Source: Owenia fusiformis
Lineage: Eukaryota
Assembly: GCA_903813345.2 (NCBI GenBank)
Contig: CAIIXF020000001.1
Location: 9,486,001 to 9,550,000 of the forward strand
Length of the DNA stretch: 64,000 nucleotides
Direction: 5' to 3'
This document shows, piece by piece, positions 1 to 13,844 of this stretch; the first letter of the stretch is position 1, and every line of letters starts with the position of its first letter. Below the pieces are notes generated by a model. That model made no database searches and was not told where the DNA came from. It saw nothing but the letters and a program-made list of their open reading frames with translations. The position numbers and the translations under genes are program-made.

Positions 1-2
1 AG

Positions 3-686
3 ATCCTCGTTCTGTTGCTGACTGGGTTCATAGGTGGGATATTTACATCCATAGCAGCGAGTGGAGTGGACATTTGCACGTTTAGTATTCTCACCCTCGT
101 GTTTCGAGTCTCTGAGAAAACAGCTACTCCTACTTCTGTAATACTGATGGCTGGAAATGCACTGTTCGCATTCTTCTGGAGAGATGTGATGCAGGAGGGG
201 ATACACCAAGATGCCTGGAGTTATTTGGCAGTAACGGCTGAGATTGTAGTAGTCGGGGCTCCACTGGGCTCTGTCATTGGCACCCATTTCCATCGGCTTG
301 TCCTGGCTGGTTTTGTGTACATCATCGGTACTGCTGCGCTGATAGGTGCCTTTGCAATTGTAAGGCCACTGGCACCTGCACTTGTTGGTCTTTCTGTTGG
401 AATTATTGTCGGAGCTTTCATTGTATTCGTTTGTCTGACACGTGCAGGTCAGATGCTGTTATCCTCTGTGGAGGAACAGGAGAATAATGATCTAAAGAAG
501 AATGAAGATCCGCTGGAGAACATGGACAACAAGAACGAACACAACGAAGTAGACACAACCATAGAACCCACTGGAGGAAATACCAATAACTCATTTCAAG
601 ATCTATACATATACAGTAAAACCTGCGAACAGGGAATGCTCTTCGGACTGGAGGAAAGTTTCCTTGTTCAGAGGTTTTCCCTATAG
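3..686 (+). CDS. TauE/SafE (sulfite exporter) family multi-pass membrane protein, 3' portion; gene starts upstream of the window
   Basis: Open frame from the window edge with several hydrophobic helices and the motif SGVDICTFSILTLVFRVSEKTATPTSVILM...VVVGAPLGS recalled from TauE-family proteins, then an acidic hydrophilic tail. The last 24 codons lie inside a transposon. Confidence 0.75.
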   Translation: MLVLLLTGFIGGIFTSIAASGVDICTFSILTLVFRVSEKTATPTSVILMAGNALFAFFWRDVMQEGIHQDAWSYLAVTAEIVVVGAPLGSVIGTHFHRLVLAGFVYIIGTAALIGAFAIVRPLAPALVGLSVGIIVGAFIVFVCLTRAGQMLLSSVEEQENNDLKKNEDPLENMDNKNEHNEVDTTIEPTGGNTNNSFQDLYIYSKTCEQGMLFGLEESFLVQRFSL

Positions 687-1442
687 AGAGGGGCCGCACT
701 TTCAGCAAACTCAGAATTGCCGAATAAGCATTTTTTGTTTATATTTGGGCATTAATTGATTTTACCAATGCCAACTCCATACTTGGTTGCTAGACCTTGT
801 TGTGACATCTTGGAAGATGTATGAAGGTCTCCCACCTCCCTCCTTTAGCTGAGGGTAAGGAGCATTCTCCCAATGTTGATTTTAGCCGCTGCTGCTGGCG
901 TATGATGATGTTTAGTTGTAATTATTGATAGATTTGGCTCAACATGACACATTACTTATCTGTTATCTCCATAAAACAATTGTGTCAATCCCTAGATTAT
1001 CACAACTGATTTGATGTAATTATGTTTGTTGAAAGGACGAATTAGTGTCATGATAATTAGTAACAAACAGATTAGTATTAGTTTTAAAATATATCAGGGT
1101 AATTAACAGTGGGTGGGATGCTACATCTTGTAAACAATTGGCTTATCTTAATTTCAATCATATTAATCCAAGCTTTTTAGAATCAGATATTGGCTTAAGA
1201 CTTTCACACCTCTGAAATATAATGGAATATACAGGGTCACCAATATTCCATTTTCCTTGTTCACAGGTGAATTTTCATAATTTGCCCCAAAAAGTGTTCC
1301 TTGTTCCCTGTTCACAGGTTTTCCCTACAGAGAGGGTCCGTTAACATGTAAGTCAATGGAAAAATATTTGGTTCTTTTGAAAAGCATTCCTTGTTCATAG
1401 GTTTTCCCTACAGAGAGGTATTCCATCGGACAGGTTTTACTG
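614..1442 (-). mobile_element. pogo/Tigger-like internally deleted DNA transposon
   Basis: TIRs CAGTAAAACCTG (614) and CAGGTTTTACTG (1431-1442), TA on both sides. Minus strand ~755-868 reads RMLLTLS*RREVGDLHTSSKMSQQGLATKYGVGIGKIN, a decayed CENP-B/psq-type N-terminal HTH. Confidence 0.8.
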
Positions 1443-2060
1443 TAATTACATCATATCTATCAGAGGATATTGATTCCTTGGATCAATAAGCGTGTAATAG
1501 TTATCATGGAGTCTCCAAGGTTGCCAGGAGATATCTGAATTTTGAATAAGGTTTATTTTAACATACAAGTTGACGCGAAAGCAAAGTTGTTGCAGTACTT
1601 ACATGAGTAGGGGGACAATGGTTGACTTTTCATAGATCATTTGATTTTAAGAGTTACCACAAAGGAAGTTGGAGCTGAATTCTCCCTATCTAGTTCAACC
1701 AACTATAGCCACCATTTATCAGCTTGAGATTGCTTAGGTAAAACTAAATTTCCACATCAAAATAACATCATAAAGGATAACATTTCATAAAAAAATCTGT
1801 CTTTATTTCCATAAAAAATATCTACACTTTATACACATATTTACATTGTATATATTGTCATAATATACATCACTTATATACACCTCTCCCATAACATTGC
1901 ATACTTTTGAGATAGGCCAAGTCCATAATACTGAAATTAGTTGTATTTAAATATAAAAATCCATATACCATTGTCTGTTCTTTTGGTAGTTGGAAGCAAA
2001 CTTGTACTTTTATTTAATATTTATAAATTGTCTCATGTATAAAGTCAATATTGTATTATT

Positions 2061-5000
2061 CTAAAGGGTTAGAATACAGTTACCACTGGAGTCTTCATGG
2101 AACCCCTGGCAGCACCTTGGACACGGCCTGAATGTGAAAAATTCATGAATTTACAATTCATTTTATTTTATGACTAGTAAACACATGTTAAAACAGATGT
2201 ACGTGTAGTTTAATTCATCCTTTAAAATAGCAAAAATTGCTTTTCCAAGAAAAGGATATCTTAATCCCCGCCCTTATAAATTAGTTATTCAATTAAATAA
2301 TACTTCAATTTTAATAAACATACAAGGTATTAACATGTAAAATGTCACCACCTGCCATTTGTAACAGACGCCAACCACCAAACACTAACCACAAAAATGT
2401 TGGAGACTATAACAATATGCCATCACCAAAAGTTATCATATTTAATAACTTACCTTTTACATTGTTCTGTATGTGGGAATGCATCACATATTCTCCTACT
2501 TGCACAATCATTCGTCTCTGCACATCGTTGTATGTTACATGGCTTAGATTCAGTATTCACTTTACCAAAGAGGCTGGTAGTGATCCTCCTGGAGCGGTAC
2601 CTTAAGCCACAACCTCCACAGTTACTGCTGCACTCACTCCAGCTACTCCACTCTGATATCACAGCAACTGTAATTAAATGAAATATGTACGTGTAAATAC
2701 TCCGTTTATGTGGTGTATTTAAAACTACATGTAGACTAGACAACAGCAATGTTAAAGCAGAGGGAATCATGTAGGAGACCTCATCGAGATACTTTTCGTA
2801 AGAGTTTTTGTGAGAGGGTTGCAGTGTTATTTCATAGTATGTGAGTATTGAAAACAGAGAAACCTGTTCTATCACGGCTACTATTTTATCTATAAATTTT
2901 CTATCAGCTGGCCAAGTTATTAAATTCCCTTGACAATGCCTGACAGACGAGTACATGTTCCAAGTTCCCTACTGAGTTGAATTTATGATTTAAGAACCTA
3001 AATAATTGTAGAATATGTTAGTAAATGTTGCAATCCATACCTTCACATTTTCCTCCTGGCAATTGAACAGATTCCTCAGGACATCTGCCATCTCTCTGTC
3101 CGGGTGTTGTTTCCAGCTCAGCAGCAGGGGTTGGCATGGCTAGATAATACATATAAGAATATCCATAAAAACAATTGTATTTTTTCCTTATGTGTTTAAA
3201 TAAGGAATCAATTCATATGCTTAAGTAACCTTGTATAGTGTATGAAATGAACTTCTTGTTTATCAATGTTTGATCATTTTAACAATTTATACATCAAAAG
3301 ATAACATAGATTTACATGTACATAAATATTGAAATAAATGAATATATATTTTAAAAAAAATTATAAATGCATTCTTACCTATTTCACAAGTTGTCCCAGT
3401 GAACCCTGGTGTACAAGTACATTCAAACCCATCTCCACTATCTGTTATAGTACATGTACCTCCATTTAGACATCTCGCTGCACATATGTCTACTTCTGAA
3501 AGTAGGGAAATGCATTACAATAGACAAATGGAGGAAATTATGACAAATATTCGTTACGATGTCATTCTTACAGTTTCAGGGCGGAAATATAATTTTCTAA
3601 AACTACTAACAATTTTTGTTAACACTGCTGTCTACAGTGACATCATTAATCTAGCTAATACACCATAGTTTACTTGGTTCACTAAAATGGATCAGTAGTA
3701 TATCAAAGAGGTCTATTAACTGTTTGAAATCTTTGCTACTGTACCATAACAGTGGAACAATCAATGATTGTGAGTGCATTCGTTAAATATTTATTTTACA
3801 ATATGAAGATTTATTACCTATTTGCTCATCACAATTCTTTCCAGTGAATCCCTCCAAGCATTCACATGTGTAGTCATTGATGTCATCTATACATGTACTA
3901 CCATTACCACATGGAGCATTGGCACATTCGTCTATAGGCTCTATAAGAATACAACAACAGCAAATATAAGGTTTGACAGTGCTTGTTAGGAATGACAGTA
4001 AGGCCTGCTAAATATTTGTTAAACATAAAGGGTAGCACTAAATTCTATATTTAATCCATTTATTTTATTTAATATGAGTAATGATTTGGCAACTTATATA
4101 GAATATGTTTAACCACGAGGTTGCGAGTTCGAGACACATGTGCTCCTTGTGTTTATTCATTTACCTGCATAGAATCTTGCCTTGAATCCAAATCTCTTGT
4201 AGCGGGAGACAGTATGGTTGGCTCTTAAGAGAACAAGCATTTCAGATCCTTCAGATTCTACCCTCTCACTGGGAGTGGAATAGCCACAAAACCTAGCAAG
4301 GAAACAACAATCTAAGTTAAAAAACAAAATTTAGAATCATGTAATAGAAGTGACTAGCACATGCCTGTGTGAGAATTTTCAAAATCTCCCTGGTCAAATA
4401 TTTCGTTTGCCTCTTTAGGATTTTGGAGTAACAAAGAAAAATGGCGTTTCGATTATTTTCCTCCCAAAAACAAAACAAATGGATAATTAAGCTCATGCAC
4501 ATGTCAGAAAGTGTCAGTAGCACAAGTTGACATTGCTTTTGTTATTTATCATACACAAGTCTACAATGACAATATCCACATTGATTTTAATGTGGTTCTC
4601 AAAAATAAACTGGCAATCCCGGCATAATATTTGGATAGAGCATGAAAAATAAGTTGAGACTCTATTTTGAAGTTTGAGCTCATGTTGTACAAACCTTGGT
4701 CCAGTTTGTTCCTTGTTGTTCTTGTATTTTACTTCTACCCAATGAAAGCAAGATTTTCCATTTGACGATGCTGTTATAAACACTCTGAATGTGTCCACAA
4801 AGTACAACACTACCCTTGAACCGGCTGGGGCCTGGAAATAATTGTGCTAAAATTAGTACAACCAGATTTGGAACCAAAATAACCACATTTCAAAGTTCAA
4901 TGTGCATAACATTATGTTATGAAGCAAAACCAAACTTCAATCATATTTGAAATTTCTCAATAAATTATAGGATTATAATCAATTAACACATTAAGTGTAA

Positions 5001-8000
5001 AACGCAAAGATGCATGGCAAATATAGTTGCCAGTAGCCATAATATTTGTATTCACAATATATTGACTTACTTATTATTAAGTAACTGTAAAAAAGTATAC
5101 CATACCTTTATAAGCCAGCTGCACTCTTGTCCATTGTCATATTGGCCTAAGTTATATCCTGGAGATTCTATACTCTGTGAATGGACAGTGTTCATACTCT
5201 CAGCTATAACCTCTCCACCACACTCAGCTAGAATATATGCAAAACAATTTACATGTGTTATTTCATTTGAATTGAATCATGCAACAATTCATACAAAAAA
5301 ATCTGTCTATTTGTGTCATTTTTGCTGAATAACATCAGTGAGAAAAAGGGTTTCACATTACTATATTATACCAGGCCATTTTCCAACCACTGTCTATCCA
5401 TTTCATTAATTCAGGCTATGCAGCATTAAAATGTTTTCAATCTATTTTACAATTTACATGAAATCACTGATTTGTTAACTGCAATAATTTACAGGGTGAG
5501 CCAAAAAAGGTAACCTAAACAAATGTTAATAACTCAGATATGATAATCCAGTATGGTTTTACATTCATATTTGGCAGGATTGAACTTTGTTCAATGTTTT
5601 TTCGTTAAACCAAGTTTCATTGGTGATCATTCAAACAAGACCAGTGAAACTTAGCAGAGCATTGAAACAACATTGAACAAGGTTTGATTGTGCTAAATAT
5701 GATTTGAAATCCCTGTTGGAAGACAGAGTTATTGACATTTGTTTGGGTTACCTTTTTTGGCTCACCCTGTATTATCATAATTCACCATAGCAGCTCTTTA
5801 ACAGAATGTAATAAATGTCACTTAAATTATTGATTAAAGATAATATAAGAACTCACCAATCTTTGGAGGAGCAACTTGATCACAGTATGTACCTGCCAAC
5901 CCATCAGGACATCTACATCTATCACAGGCCTTGGGGTCCTGGTATCCACCATGTAGACATGGCTTTAGTAAGCTGCTAGGCTGAGGGCACTTGCCTATAT
6001 GAATGTTTTTAGATTATAGAATTTTAATCATACATCAATAGATCTTGGATGTCATCATGTAGAGGGATACCATTGTAAATTGAAAATATAATTAAACATG
6101 TTATATCTTTTGATATTACAGTGTATATACTGTACTATGAATAGAAAAGGATAAATTACTCATTGACAGGAGTATCACATTTTAAGAATTAGCTGGTCAA
6201 AATTAAGCTTATGTTATGTAAGAGTACCTGCGCAGTAGGCCATGTTAGCAACCTTCACATCAGCAAATGATAGAGCCACCCTTTGTCCAATAGTCCTTTG
6301 ATACAGTGGGTTTATGGTCTTAATAGTCAATTGGCCAGCTTTTGTAAATGACTTTGAATGGTAGTGCATGACAGAGCCAACATCATAGTCAACCCCATAA
6401 CTTTTGGTGTTCACCCAGTTCTGTTTGCTGAATTGAGATTGCTTGGTGCTTGAGATCTGGTTGTAAACAACTTTGATGTGGTCATCACGGTCTGGTCGAG
6501 CATGTTCATGCCAGAATCCCATAGCGTGACCAATCTCATGTGCCATGGTACCAAACTACAACAAATGTGTTTATAGGTTCAATGATCTTTGAATTCAGTT
6601 GTGCAGTGAAATAATTTCTTTCAGAGCTTAATTTGCTTTTTTATTCTTGATATCAAAAAATTCTTACTGTCCCAATATCTAAAAATAGCACTAAAGTTCA
6701 AATTGATTGAAACATGGTGTTAGTAAAGGGTAATGACCAACAGTGCATATTTGTAATGCAAGCTTCAATTTTGCACGATTCCTTTTATTCTAGCATTATC
6801 TCCCATGTCTGAATTCCAATAAAGACAAAAGAGATCATTTTGATTTGAACAAGCACACGAATAACTGTCAAAACTTCATGTTTTCAGTTTAGCTTTTACT
6901 TACCCAACCAATGCAGTTGGCCCCAAGACTGATAGGCTGAGGGGTCACTCTGACCTGTTGACCATAGTAGGATGAGCAGCCAGTTCGCTTCACAAAGATA
7001 ATATGAGATCCCGGGACAATCTGGTTACGATGAACCTCTTCAAAACTCAAGCAAGTTTGCTCCTGCCAGTGAGAGAGGGCGCCACGGATTTTGGTCATCT
7101 GGTACACACCTGTAGATAATGCCAAGTATGGTATAGATATTTTTTTTCATTACATACAATTGACAGTTAATGGGCCACACAGACTGTGTATATTCCAGAA
7201 CAGCAATAAACTCCCGGATCGTGCAATTTCGACCCCTCCCACCCCTACTCACTACCATCATTACTTGATAGGTACATAATAGAACAAAGTTGTATTTGCA
7301 ATAAAGTTCATTTTAGTCAATTAGAGTTCACCCATGTTATAGAGTATAACAAGTACTGAATTTATAATGTGATTTCTTAAAAACATGTGGCAACATAGGC
7401 CTTAGAATGATAAGAGTTAATTATATCGAATCCGCAATATCGCCCATTGCACTGGCATGAATTGCATAGCAATGTATGCTCACTCTAGTGACTGCATAAA
7501 AATAATAAATAAAAAAGATGGTATCATACTTAGGACTAAATATGCACTTCGAAAATTTGAACACTTACTGTGCTGTCCATTAAACTTATATTTGATTGGT
7601 TTATTAGAGGACCATTTCTTTGTTGGGAATCTGTCGAAGTTGTGCACTTTTCTCTTCTGTCTCGACTGCATCTGTTCCAGGAGGAACATAGCTTGCTCCA
7701 TGTTTAGTATAATGTCATCATCCATCAAATCAGATATCGTTGGTTCTGTATTACTTATTGACTGTAAATGTATACCAAAGGGCATTTATAACATGATTGT
7801 ACCATATGAATGAAAGCATACTATACAAAATAGTTTGAAGACAAAAGTGTATACCATCTAAAAACAGACAGAGATTTGCATTAAATGGCAGATTTTGAGG
7901 AAGAAACCCACCATAGGACCATCATCGAGACATCCGTCACGGCTCAGGCAATCAAGGTGCTGTATCTGCCCCATCATGTCCTGAACTTTCTGCCACTCTT

Positions 8001-9311
8001 CCTGGGTCTGCCCATTGTTTACAAGCCAGTCTTCCAGGCTCCTGTTGTTGGGCGGCTGCCAGAGTGGTGCCACCTGGTGTGGTTCATAGTCAATTTCAGT
8101 CCTAGTTCCAATGGGGGCACACTGTAATTCAAATTTGGACAACATATTTGGTTGACATTAAAACTTTTGTGAATTTAGAGATCACATTTCTAAAATTTAG
8201 ATCTGAAATAATTGTGATTTTCAAGTACATGTACACTCCCTTCTACATCTAGATTGACATGAGTTGTTAGGAATTGAAACATTTAACAGGTAGTGCAACA
8301 AAGGTATCATTCAACAAGACACTTGTATTGCTATCATCAACAACATCAACTCTCTCCAAGGACTTAATATCCAGGACATCACCTTGAGAAAATGTAAACA
8401 TTGGAGTCTCATTACAAATATAATCTTGATAATTAGTGAGTTGAACTTAAATAACTGATTAACCATAGGCCATGTTTCTTTTATCAACTGCATTAAAATA
8501 CTAAACAATTTTGATAGAGCATACTCATAATCATTCAATTGAGATTTAATTCTCATTTAGATAATAATTATGTTTTGAAAAATAACAATAAAAATCTATT
8601 CATAACATTTCAACAGATTCAATAGATTAAAGCCATGAAATATTTCCTGATAAATAATTTATTGGTATTCAAGAGAGAATTTTCAAATTGTAAAAGGTGG
8701 AATTATATTGAAGTGTGTCCAATTTTTAAAATGTACTTTATAATGTACCAATGTAACTAATGTTAGGTATGTAATATTTCACTAGTCCAATAGTCATGCC
8801 CATCTGACTTCTACCAATCCAGGTAAAAGTTGACATGCAAGGACAGGTAGGGGTGTCCTATGCAAATAATTTTGATGATTTCACTAAATAAACCCGAAAT
8901 TAAAGTGCATCCGAACACGAAGCAGCCTCACTAAAATTTACTGAAAAGTATTATTTACCCCCTCTTTTTATTGAAACCGTGAATATGATGTCCAATTGTA
9001 ACATTTAATACTCTCTTTAACTTAAATTAACCTCAGCTTTTCAATTGCCTCATAAATCTATTGCCTCACCTATTTAATTGCCTCACCTACTGTCAGAGGC
9101 TAGCTACACCCCTGGCAAGGTGCAGCATTACATGCATTTGTAAAACATCAAAAATAGACTTGTTTATTCCAAACAAAGATATGTAAATAAACATGTATAT
9201 GTAAACAAAATTATATGTAAACAAAATGTATTTACTTACATGTACCAGAGAAAGCTGCAGAAATAAAGCAGAAACAAGCAATAAGGCTTTATAAATTCGC
9301 ACGAATGACAT
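2061..9311 (-). CDS. Astacin (M12A) zinc metalloendopeptidase: signal peptide-propeptide-astacin-EGF-CUB-EGF-EGF-linker-TSP1-Cys tail, ~717 aa
   Basis: 14 phase-compatible GT-AG exons: 9311-9240, 8121-7912, 7761-7569, 7109-6904, 6555-6228, 5994-5857, 5227-5106, 4831-4695, 4292-4165, 3940-3818, 3495-3379, 3139-3041, 2667-2454, 2127-2061 (2154 nt). Zinc motif [19 protein letters not shown], Met-turn SVMHY, furin-type RQKR site, TSP1 [22 protein letters not shown]-like box ~9430 on the minus strand. Confidence 0.9.
2325..2430 (-). repeat. Short dispersed repeat (HINE/Helentron-like), copy 1
   Basis: Reverse complement resembles 32570-32690 and 34186-34290 (GGTGACATA...TAGTC...CAAATGGCAGGTGGTGACATTT...AATGCCTT). 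Family assignment is inference. Confidence 0.5.
5492..5769. mobile_element. Tc1/mariner-type MITE in an astacin intron
   Basis: TIR CAGGGTGAGCCAAAAAAGGTAACC...GGTTACCTTTTTTGGCTCACCCTG with TA flanks; largely palindromic. Confidence 0.85.
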
Positions 9312-10275
9312 CTTGATCAGAAAGTGTCTACCAACTTGTATAAACTCCTTATTTTTCTAGCTCAATATTTCCAGAGGCATTCCTTTGCAAGTGCAGATGA
9401 ATAATGATAAGTGATTTTGACCAAGCAGTTATATACTCTAAGGCCAGTAGTGGTACTAAATGACCTGATCTAATCACTGGCCAAGACATTTAAGGTTCCA
9501 TGATGTTTTTGATAAATATGTTATTTGCTTAGTCAGACTTTAGTGGTGTGATGAGAGATTTATCCTTATTTCTCTAGTAAGTTCAGAGATATACCCCCCT
9601 TCATAGACTTTTCAAGGGAATATGTTGTCTAAGAATTTAATGTTGCATTGTTCTAATTGCTTCAGGTCAAAGACAAGAATTGTTGCTGTTGCATGCATGT
9701 GGACAGACATGTGAACATGTGATGTTTTAGAAAAACATGGGAAAGAACACTTTTTAAGTACATTAACAAGTCATTAACAAAAAATGTAAAAATCAAGCTG
9801 CAAGTCTGGCAAAATATTGGTATCCTACTTACCTACCCATGTCTTTCCGGGCTTGGAGTTTTGGCATTAGAAATTAAATCATGTTTTCAGCCTGTTGCAT
9901 TTCTGTAAAAAACAGATAGCATTTAACGTTGCATTACATCATCACAATAGCAGAGCATTTAAACACAATCTTAAAGCGCACTCAATCAATTAAAAATGTA
10001 TGCTTACCTTACCATGTAATCTTTAGTGAGGAGATAAAGCTAACATAGTGTGTACCCGCTCCCTCCTTGGAGATGGTAGCCCATGTCTTACTGAAATAAT
10101 CTTAAGTATGATTGTCATTCATTTTCCATCCATTTATCTGTATAGAATTTCCCCAACATATACAGCAAGTTCAAAAATTGGAACATTTTTCCATTCATCG
10201 TAACTTACTTTTTAATACTTTAGGAAATGAGGCTGATATGCTTTCTGATATACATAATATATATATAATATATAT

Positions 10276-10740
10276 ATATTTATCCCATACTTGGACGTGT
10301 TACAGGTACATAAAGCCGGTTTATAAAATCTTATATTTTCATCAGCGGGCAGATATAGCTTTACGTCCCGCTCCGAGCGTCATAATCGCCGCTCGCATAT
10401 TTGTTCATAATTTGTAACATTCACGTAATGACTGTAAACGACAATGGAGAAAACACAGACTATCGGGATCTGTTTGATGGTTTAAAAAAGGGAAGGAGCA
10501 CCCACTTAATCAATAAAAAAATTCGAGAAAATAAATGTGGGAATATTTGAGAGAACAGGAAAGTCCGCCCACGGTCAAGAAAACAAAACTGGACATGAAT
10601 ATTCTAAAATATTTCCACGATTGAACAATGTGAACCAGATGACCAAGATTGGTATGGGATAAATATATTATCCTATAGTCCTATTATATTGGCCTCGGGA
10701 TAATCCCAATATCCTGAACCTCATATAGGATAATCTCTAC
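10276..10740. repeat. Hairpin/inverted-repeat dispersed element (Crypton-like non-autonomous?)
   Basis: TATTTATCCCATAC (~10276) pairs with GTATGGGATAAATA (~10652), followed by a terminal hairpin ATTATCCTATA...TATAGGATAAT; layout resembles 24060-24680. Confidence 0.4.
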
Positions 10741-11560
10741 ATATAATACTCATCACATCTTTCTTTTTTGAAACTTGAGTTCTGTTTTGCAACAAGCAAA
10801 TTAGCAATCTGCTCTGATTTCATTCTTGGTCTAATGGCAATTGCAACTGTGTCAATGACAAAGTGTGATGATTTTTAGAGTTAATGTTACTCATAATATC
10901 AATATTATTGTAAATTTATTACATAATAGGCATTATTCTGAATACACAGACACAGGTGACATCATCTTGACTGATTTCATGACCCAATTAGATGAAAGAT
11001 CCAAAGTTTTGTGAATTTGAAGATCAATAAAATCTCAAAACCTCTTAATTAAACACATAATTGGTATCTCAAGACTGAAAAAAGTGATGACATTATTTCT
11101 GATGATGGCCAATAAAAGCAGTGTCTGATTTAGAAATTTAAAACTGAAAAATACTTGTTACTGCATATTTCTGCATTCTACTTGTTCCTATTAACAATGG
11201 ATTGCAGGAGTAATTAAGATTTGAGAATGACTTTCTGTAACATTGTCACAATTTTACATGATATTTTGCTCACAACATACCGTTTTCTTAAAATCAAACA
11301 GTTCGGACTTTATTCCATAATAATTTGGGGATCTTTAAAATTGCAATGGGAAAATGAGAAGGTACATAGCAAAAGTAAAGTAAAAGATGTACAAATATGA
11401 AAATAAATGAATGGGTTAGTAAGGAAGTGTTCAAGCTCAGCTTAAATGTACTAACTGTCTCAAACTATTTTTACAAACTTAAAGTCTAATATTACATTCA
11501 TTATTTATTCTGTTTATTTACAACATTGTTTTATAAACATGTACATATAAAAACAATATA

Positions 11561-12055
11561 CAGAAGAACCTGTATATCTGAACACCTGGCTAATCAGAAC
11601 ACCTCCCAATCTGAACATTTTTTCGGTCCCATTTTTTCCTCCCATGGGCTCCCATGTTAAAAAAACTTGAAATGTGAACACCTCTAGCTCTCAATTTGAA
11701 CAGTGGACAGTCATATTTGAAAAAAAATTAACCTGTCTAATCTGAACACTTTTCATAAAATTTCACGCGCAGTTTTATACAAAATTGCTCAAATATTATG
11801 AAATCAAAACTTTGGGAAAGAAACTTGAATGGCTTGATTATAATGGAGCTTTCCAGGTTGACTAGATTCATTTGAATAAAAATTTCAAATTTCTGAAATG
11901 CCGTAAAGCTAGGTGGTTAGATGAACTATTTATATGTGTTCACATTTCTTCATTATCTGGAATCTCACGAATGCAAAAACCTTGAAAATTAACACCTCCT
12001 AATCTGAAACCTTTAAGCCGGTCCCAATGGTGTTCGAATTAGACAGGTTTTACTG
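11561..12055. mobile_element. pogo/Tigger-like MITE
   Basis: TA-CAGAAGAACCTG...CAGGTTTTACTG-TA; repeated subterminal CTGAACAC motifs and CGGTCCC near both ends. Confidence 0.7.
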
Positions 12056-13844
12056 TACTAAAATATTACACCACTAAGAATCATGTGAACAATACCGGGA
12101 TGAAACTATTTTTTCATAGATACATATACCTGAACATGTACTGAGAACAACTTCTGCCTTAAAATTAAGGCACAGAGTAATAAACTCACCAATTAAAGGT
12201 AAATTGATCATAAAAATAAAAATTTCCCTTTAATAAAAGCATGGCTTTCTATATGATTAATATCCAAAACTTTAAAAACAGTAACTACCGGAGTAGCAAA
12301 TCCCACTGCCTTCACAAAATCTACACCCATCTGAACCCAATGTGACAACTGGTAATTATTACTATATATTTTGATGTTCATATATATCAACTGGTATTAA
12401 TTATCAAAGATCCACTTTTTATGAAATATTGCGGACATTCTCCTTGTAACCTGGAATAATTTGGCACCTGGTTTAGTTTTAAAGTTAAATCTACGGCACA
12501 GAATTTAACTGTTGTTCGTATTGACTCTAAGAAATGCAATAACAATCCCGTCTTTCCTTACCAGTAATAGTATTCTATACAACACTACACTGCACTATGC
12601 TAATTTACAGTACTTTAAACGCCTAAAACGGGTTAAGAAAAAATAAGATTGATTATGCAACAGAACTGAGATGAGAATGTATGAAATATAGAAATAACAT
12701 ATGTATATGAACATTGAACAAAAGGAGAAATATCTTTATAGTCTACATAAAAGTGGATGCAACACATCTTAAATAAATGAACAGTTGAGCGGCAAGTTAA
12801 TTGTATAAGCAATATAATCTTTACATAATATTAATTCATTAAAGATGCATTATACCATAGGTTTCTCCCCCAGACAATCAATGATGTCCTATTTTTATTG
12901 CTCATATAATATCTCACATACCATGGATATATCTTGAGAATAACTTTTAGGTATATTATTGCCGAAATGTTGAAATAATCAACAAAACAACCAACCTTCA
13001 GAATTAAACACAATCAATTACCCAAATGCAAGTAGGTAGTTACCAGTTTCACCACCAGGTGGCTGATTCGGGTCAATTAACATGGCAGGTATATAAGAAA
13101 GTTCCCTTAAACTTGAATTTTATCAATTTAAGTGGCTCAATTTTCATATAACCCTTATGCGTCTGATACTTATACTAATGAAAATATGTCCAGTAAAGCA
13201 AAATATTATCTGTCCACTAAAAGAAAAGATATTTCATTTTTTGTGATTTTATAGCATGGGGTCTATGGGGAATCTCCCCGAGCTAGAAGTCACATTTTCA
13301 AAGAAAATAAATTTTTCAAAGTTGATAAACACTTTTTAAAACCACATTTCTAGATGTTATTTTACATGTAGATTTCAAATATGATATTACTTTGACTGAA
13401 TTTTGAATTTTTAATGACGTAAATCAAGATTATTTCTACTCACATCTGGGTTATTCCTCGGCTAGCGAGGGGAATCCCTATGGAGTCACACAAGCACCTT
13501 GAACCAGGCAGCCAATCAGGTTCATGATGATAAACAAAATTCAACGATCAATCAGATAGCAGGAGGAATTTCCTGGTATATTCAATCTTCAGATAGAATT
13601 AATTTTAAATATTACACCTATATTAAAGCTATTAGTGAGAAATATCAGAGATGAACAATATATTTAATGTGATAAAAATCCCACCTAAATTAAAGCCGAT
13701 TTTAAATACAATTCTAAATGTTAAAAAGTGTTTTCCTTGTCAATTTTGTTTTATGTGCTAAAACTGTTGATTGAACAATATTCCCTAAAGATCTGAAATT
13801 CCAAGATAAAAAATTCATTACAGTGTTTATAAAACACAAATACA

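Noticed and set aside
13090-13830. Possible TIR element next to the satellite
   Set aside because: Only weak internal symmetry; ends and TSD could not be defined.
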